A stretch of DNA of 39,670 nt from Candidatus Shapirobacteria bacterium. Lineage in GTDB: Bacteria; Patescibacteriota; Microgenomatia; UBA12405. The stretch is from positions 1-39,670 of the forward strand of contig VFLE01000046.1 of the NCBI GenBank assembly GCA_009885205.1, given 5' to 3'. The position numbers were made by a program, and so were the translations under genes. The stretch's first letter is position 1. Every line of letters begins with the position of its first letter. The notes under the pieces are model-generated. The model saw nothing but the letters and a program-made list of their open reading frames with translations, had not been told where the DNA came from and did not search any database. This document shows, one piece after another, positions 35,396-39,670 of this stretch.

Positions 35396-37789
35396 TTAAA
35401 AACCTAAATCCTCAAAATCTTCAATCTGATTTGTTTCGAATTTCATAGGTAATGCATTATTTTTTCTTTGATTTATAAGTTCTGACTGTTGAGATGCTTG
35501 AATCTTTGTTCTCTCGTCTTTCCTATCTTCTGCTGTTTGTAATTTGTTAGTTTCAGAACCAACTTTTAGTTGTGCTAATTGCATGTTGTATTGAAACTCA
35601 ATCTCCATTAATTGTTGTTTCATTTGAGTCTCCATTTGCATTCTTTCAACTTCAAACTGAGACTTAGATCTTTCTATATTAACAGTTTCTTGCGTTAATG
35701 CTTGTTGTTTTTGAACTTCAAATAAAGCAGCTTGTTGAGCGGTTTCTTGATTTGCTTTTGCTTGTGCTTGTATATTAGCCATTTGAGCAGCTTGCATTGC
35801 TTTTTGCTTCTTAGTTTTTCTAAACTTAAGAACTTGATTTGCCATTTTTAGATTTTTAATCTGTCTAATGTCTATGGCATCGTCCAAATCTATACCTTGA
35901 CTCTGTAAAGCAACTTGTATATTTTGTTCTAACATTGCTTTCTCTTCTTCGTCTGGTTCTAACTCTAAGTATATACCAAAGTCATGAAGATTAAGATTTT
36001 TTATTTCTCTTAACGTTGAAACATTATAAGTAGTTATACTTTGTTCTAACACGTGTGCGGTTAAAGGAAAGTCTAAACAATCAGCTATTCTCAATGATAT
36101 GTTCTCACATGTTTTAAGAGTTAAATATAGACTAGATTGTAGTATGTGTTTAGTAGCAGTATTTGATGCATTAGCAGCCATTTTCTGTAATCCTACTAAA
36201 GTATCTTTATCTACCATACTTCCGTCTCTAGCTTCATTAAGTCCAGTGACATCCCTTATCATTTGTAAATAGTATTGATATGTTTGAATCAATGACGCTA
36301 ATTTGGCTTGACCAGATGAACTAGTAAGTTCTTGGATTGGTATTTTAGCAGCATTCATTCCACCTTCTTGTGTTAAAGATCTACCTACTATACTACCAGT
36401 TTGAAAATACATATTTAATGCTTCTGCTGGATTATAGTTTGTTCCATTACCTAAATCAACATCAGCAAAACCATCTACGTCAACAAATACACCATCAGGT
36501 ATCATCCTAGACATAACTTGTTGTATTTTAAGATGTGTTAGTTGAATCATATCAGCAAAACCAGTTATCTTGTTAACTGTAGAATCAATTTTACCTTTAT
36601 ACATTCTAGGTGCTGCTATAGAATAGTTCATTTGAACTTTTGTAGTATCAGCAAAAGGACGAGTCATGTGTTCTGACATCTTCCATTCAAGCATTGTATT
36701 AGTACCTAGTATTTTAGCACCTGTATATAATGCTTCTATAGTTCTAGATATTCTATTAAAATTATCATTTTCTGGTGGATCAAATTCATCAGTTTTCTGA
36801 ATTGCTTTTTCTAATCCATTTTCATTGTATTTTATTTTAAATACTTGATTCATATATGTCTTATATTCAAAATATAAAACTTGCACGGTATTTTCATCGT
36901 AATTACCCCAACCTGTAATGTATTGATTATTACCTGGCATGTTCTGAATTTTCAACAACTCTTCTTCTGTTATATTTGGGAATTGTTTTTTTAATTCAGA
37001 TATTGTAACTGCTCTTATTTCTCCTACGTAATATATATCATCAAAGTTTGGATCTTCTGTATACGAGTAAACTATATATGCTGGGTCAACATAATCTATT
37101 GTTATACCCTCACTTTTATTAAAACTAGTTTTAACGCAGCCTATTCCTAATACGGTTAGATCGTAGTTTAATCTTCTTCTAATTAAATCCCACTTATTAT
37201 TAGCTAATACATTATTTATCGCTTCTTCTTCAGCTACCTCTATAGATTGCTTATAAGTAAGTTGCATGTGTATGTCTAATTCTTCTTTTGTTTCTGGAAG
37301 TTCTTCTTGTGGAAGAGGTGAATTTGAAAAATCCATTCCAGTTAGACTATTTGCTTTATTTATTAAGTCCTTAGAATACATGTCTCTAAGAATTGATTGA
37401 GCATAAGATGTTCTTGCTTGTAATGACTCTGGATCTTGAGCGTATGCTTTTATATCATAAGTCTTTTGTGACATTCCATTTACTACAATATCAACAAACT
37501 TAGATATAACAGGTACTGGTCTCCAATCTAAATTTAGATATGAAATATCTCCATTAGTAGCTAATTCATCTTTGTATTTTTGTACAGATTGTTCTCCTCT
37601 AGCATATAATCTTAATTGATGAAAATTACCCCAATTAGAAGCATATCTATTATTGTTTGCTCTGCTTTTACCAAACCATTCTTGTTCTATAGCTCTAGAT
37701 ACTTGCAATCCATATTCTTCCGATGCTTTCTCTGCATCACTTACAACTTGACTTGGAAATGCACTATTAGTATTTGTATATACACTCAT
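35396..37789 (-). CDS. portal protein
   Basis: 797 aa directly after terminase. Contains PVPVISKFVDIVVNG, IRDVTGLNEARDG and a Gln-rich C-terminal coiled-coil barrel typical of podoviral portals. Confidence 0.88.
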   Translation of the reverse strand: MSVYTNTNSAFPSQVVSDAEKASEEYGLQVSRAIEQEWFGKSRANNNRYASNWGNFHQLRLYARGEQSVQKYKDELATNGDISYLNLDWRPVPVISKFVDIVVNGMSQKTYDIKAYAQDPESLQARTSYAQSILRDMYSKDLINKANSLTGMDFSNSPLPQEELPETKEELDIHMQLTYKQSIEVAEEEAINNVLANNKWDLIRRRLNYDLTVLGIGCVKTSFNKSEGITIDYVDPAYIVYSYTEDPNFDDIYYVGEIRAVTISELKKQFPNITEEELLKIQNMPGNNQYITGWGNYDENTVQVLYFEYKTYMNQVFKIKYNENGLEKAIQKTDEFDPPENDNFNRISRTIEALYTGAKILGTNTMLEWKMSEHMTRPFADTTKVQMNYSIAAPRMYKGKIDSTVNKITGFADMIQLTHLKIQQVMSRMIPDGVFVDVDGFADVDLGNGTNYNPAEALNMYFQTGSIVGRSLTQEGGMNAAKIPIQELTSSSGQAKLASLIQTYQYYLQMIRDVTGLNEARDGSMVDKDTLVGLQKMAANASNTATKHILQSSLYLTLKTCENISLRIADCLDFPLTAHVLEQSITTYNVSTLREIKNLNLHDFGIYLELEPDEEEKAMLEQNIQVALQSQGIDLDDAIDIRQIKNLKMANQVLKFRKTKKQKAMQAAQMANIQAQAKANQETAQQAALFEVQKQQALTQETVNIERSKSQFEVERMQMETQMKQQLMEIEFQYNMQLAQLKVGSETNKLQTAEDRKDERTKIQASQQSELINQRKNNALPMKFETNQIEDFEDLGF

Positions 37790-37792
37790 TTA

Positions 37793-39670
37793 TTAATATA
37801 TTTTTGATAAAGAACCGTTATTGTCGTATTTTTTTATTCCTAAATCATAAACTTGTCTAACAACTTTCACAGATGGACTATATCTATGTTTATTGCATGC
37901 CATTATAGCTAATCCAGAACTTATAGAAGCGTCATGATCAGTTCTATTATTTATATTAAATCTAGCCCAATCATTAAGAGTTCTATTAAAATACATATTT
38001 CCATACCCAGTATCTGTTAGTCCTATGTATTCTTCAATATATGATTCTATAGCGGAAGCATGCGCTTGTTTTATATCCTCACTAGAATTAGGTATTCCAC
38101 CAATTTCTCTTTCAGTTATAGATAAGTTATTCCAAACCTTATCAGGTCTATTCATTGAAAAACCTCTATAACCTCTTCTTTTAAAATGATATAATAATCT
38201 AGGTTTATTATTCTCTGCTAGTATTGGCATACCATAAAATATACATGCCATTAAAACTTCTTCGAAAAATATCTCTGCTGTTTGTGGTCTAGCAATATAT
38301 TCTAAAAAGAAAGCATTAGGTGGCGCGTCTTCCATTGAAAACTTAGTTAATCCACTTAATGATCCGTTAGATCCTTTACCATCAACAGTACCAGATATAT
38401 CATACGGGTCACACCCAAATGCTCCAACGTGTTCATTGCCAGGATATTTAAAACCATTCTTTATTACTATATTATTCTGTAATTGTAATGGTGGAACCCA
38501 TGATATTAAAAACCTACCATCTTTATTTGGATAGAATATAACTCTAGTATCTTGTATACCATTCTCCCATTGAAAACTACCTTTTGTTATGACACTAGTA
38601 TTTCTTAAATCTTCATTATAATCTATCTGTTCGTATATCTTAGTTAGATTAAAAAGAGATTGTTTCGCTTCATCTCTAAAAGCGTGTTGTTCTGTTCTTG
38701 GAAACTGACGATAATATTCATTTAAACCATCTTGATCTGATTTAAGACCATCTACTTCATTTTGCCAATGTTCTATAACTCCGTAATCTATTTCATTACC
38801 ATCTACACCTTTTATAGGTTTTATTGGTTTATCAAAAACAGGTACTCCGTACACATCTATAAAACCTTCGTATGACCATTCCATCGGAATGAATAAACTA
38901 TATAATCCAGAACTTGTTTGTCCGTTCCTATTTCTTTTGGAAACATCTGAATTATAGTATAAAGTTTTAAAATTATCTCCACCTTTATCTAAAGCATTAG
39001 AAGTTGAACCCATCATACATTTACCAATAACTCTACTACCTAACCTTAAAGTTGTTTTAGTAACTCGCCAGTTGTTTAATATATTATCTGGTCTTTCCCA
39101 CTTACCACTTTCATCATGCACCAACAGTTTTAATTTTTCACCATCATAACTATTGTCTCCAGTATTCTTCCAGTCAATGGTTGTATCTAGTCCATCTAAT
39201 TCTTCTAGTTTTTCATTAGAATCTAATTTTCTTCTAGTAAGTTTAGATGCTGGTATTCTGTATGCTAGTTCTGTTTTAGGTCTATCCATACCATCTTGGA
39301 TAGGTTTAAAAAAGAAAGGATAATTTATTGATATTGGAACTACTTTATCTGTAAACATTTTTTTAGCATCTGCTCCAGATTTTGATAGTATACCAAATCT
39401 TGAGTCACTTGATATTGTCGCTAAGTTTACTAGTTCGGAAGAAGACATAAAAGAAAATCCAGAACGTCTATTTTTTAAATAACACATTCCATAACATCTA
39501 GGATCTGCTTTACAAGCTTCCCAAAAAATAAAAAACAATCTATTTGATTCTCTAAAATCAGGAGCACCAACATCAATTTTACTCCATTGAAGATACATGT
39601 AATGTGTACCTGTTATATACGTTTGCTTGCCATTATTATAAAAGAATAAACCTTCTTCTCTATATTTGAA
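37793..39670 (-). CDS. terL: terminase large subunit (5' truncated; frame stays open to the window edge)
   Basis: Walker A variant KNRRSGFS, Walker B LLVHDESGKW, coupling motif GST, nuclease GCDPYD and HDASISSGLA. The 24 codons upstream of 39598 are open (FKYREEGLFFYNNGKQTYITGTHY). Confidence 0.92.
   Translation of the reverse strand, partial: FKYREEGLFFYNNGKQTYITGTHYMYLQWSKIDVGAPDFRESNRLFFIFWEACKADPRCYGMCYLKNRRSGFSFMSSSELVNLATISSDSRFGILSKSGADAKKMFTDKVVPISINYPFFFKPIQDGMDRPKTELAYRIPASKLTRRKLDSNEKLEELDGLDTTIDWKNTGDNSYDGEKLKLLVHDESGKWERPDNILNNWRVTKTTLRLGSRVIGKCMMGSTSNALDKGGDNFKTLYYNSDVSKRNRNGQTSSGLYSLFIPMEWSYEGFIDVYGVPVFDKPIKPIKGVDGNEIDYGVIEHWQNEVDGLKSDQDGLNEYYRQFPRTEQHAFRDEAKQSLFNLTKIYEQIDYNEDLRNTSVITKGSFQWENGIQDTRVIFYPNKDGRFLISWVPPLQLQNNIVIKNGFKYPGNEHVGAFGCDPYDISGTVDGKGSNGSLSGLTKFSMEDAPPNAFFLEYIARPQTAEIFFEEVLMACIFYGMPILAENNKPRLLYHFKRRGYRGFSMNRPDKVWNNLSITEREIGGIPNSSEDIKQAHASAIESYIEEYIGLTDTGYGNMYFNRTLNDWARFNINNRTDHDASISSGLAIMACNKHRYSPSVKVVRQVYDLGIKKYDNNGSLSKIY

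Noticed and set aside
10365..37807. Numerous + strand ORFs opposite the structural genes, and short nested ORFs at 469-753, 4396-4638, 4425-4691 and 5200-5424
   Set aside because: They are shadow ORFs fully overlapping well-supported genes, with Ser/Phe/Leu-rich antisense composition and no motifs.
1..39670. Stop-codon reassignment as in some crAss-like phages; tRNA genes; introns or inteins
   Set aside because: Genes are full length and densely packed in code 11, with TAA, TAG and TGA all used as stops. No cloverleaf was seen, and terminase, helicase and capsid show no evident interruptions.

Overview
This AT-rich 39.7 kb window is a fragment of a tailed dsDNA podovirus-type phage genome in the standard genetic code. 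The host is most likely Bacteroidota/Flavobacteriia: there are no Shine-Dalgarno motifs, the leaders are A/T-rich, and the head-tail module is crAss-like / Cellulophaga-podovirus-like. Two arms converge on a bidirectional terminator near 10.07-10.10 kb. The + arm (1-10045) carries a sigma70-family factor, an ERF annealase with a PD-(D/E)XK exonuclease, SSB, a T7 gp4-like primase-helicase, and a nucleotide-metabolism cluster. That cluster has a thymidylate-synthase-fold enzyme with the dCMP-type Asp, two MazG-like proteins, an endonuclease, a 2OG-Fe(II) oxygenase, a metallophosphoesterase and a possible anti-defence sponge. The - arm (39670-10148) carries terminase (5' truncated), portal, scaffold, major capsid protein, four paralogous tail ring proteins, a two-part muzzle/tail-stabilisation protein, a GNAT, and three ejection proteins. 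The last ejection protein is a 3395-aa polyvalent protein. Four leads stand out. (1) The giant virion protein contains a sigma-region-2-like domain beside a zincin protease, with modules delimited by repeated [VI]K[FYP]SL motifs, suggesting an injected, possibly self-processed transcription factor. (2) There is a candidate cytosine-modification pathway. (3) A ~215-nt structured non-coding element with mutually exclusive folds lies between ssb and the primase-helicase. (4) The tail genes are mosaic and duplicated. All family assignments come from motif recognition by eye; no searches were run.
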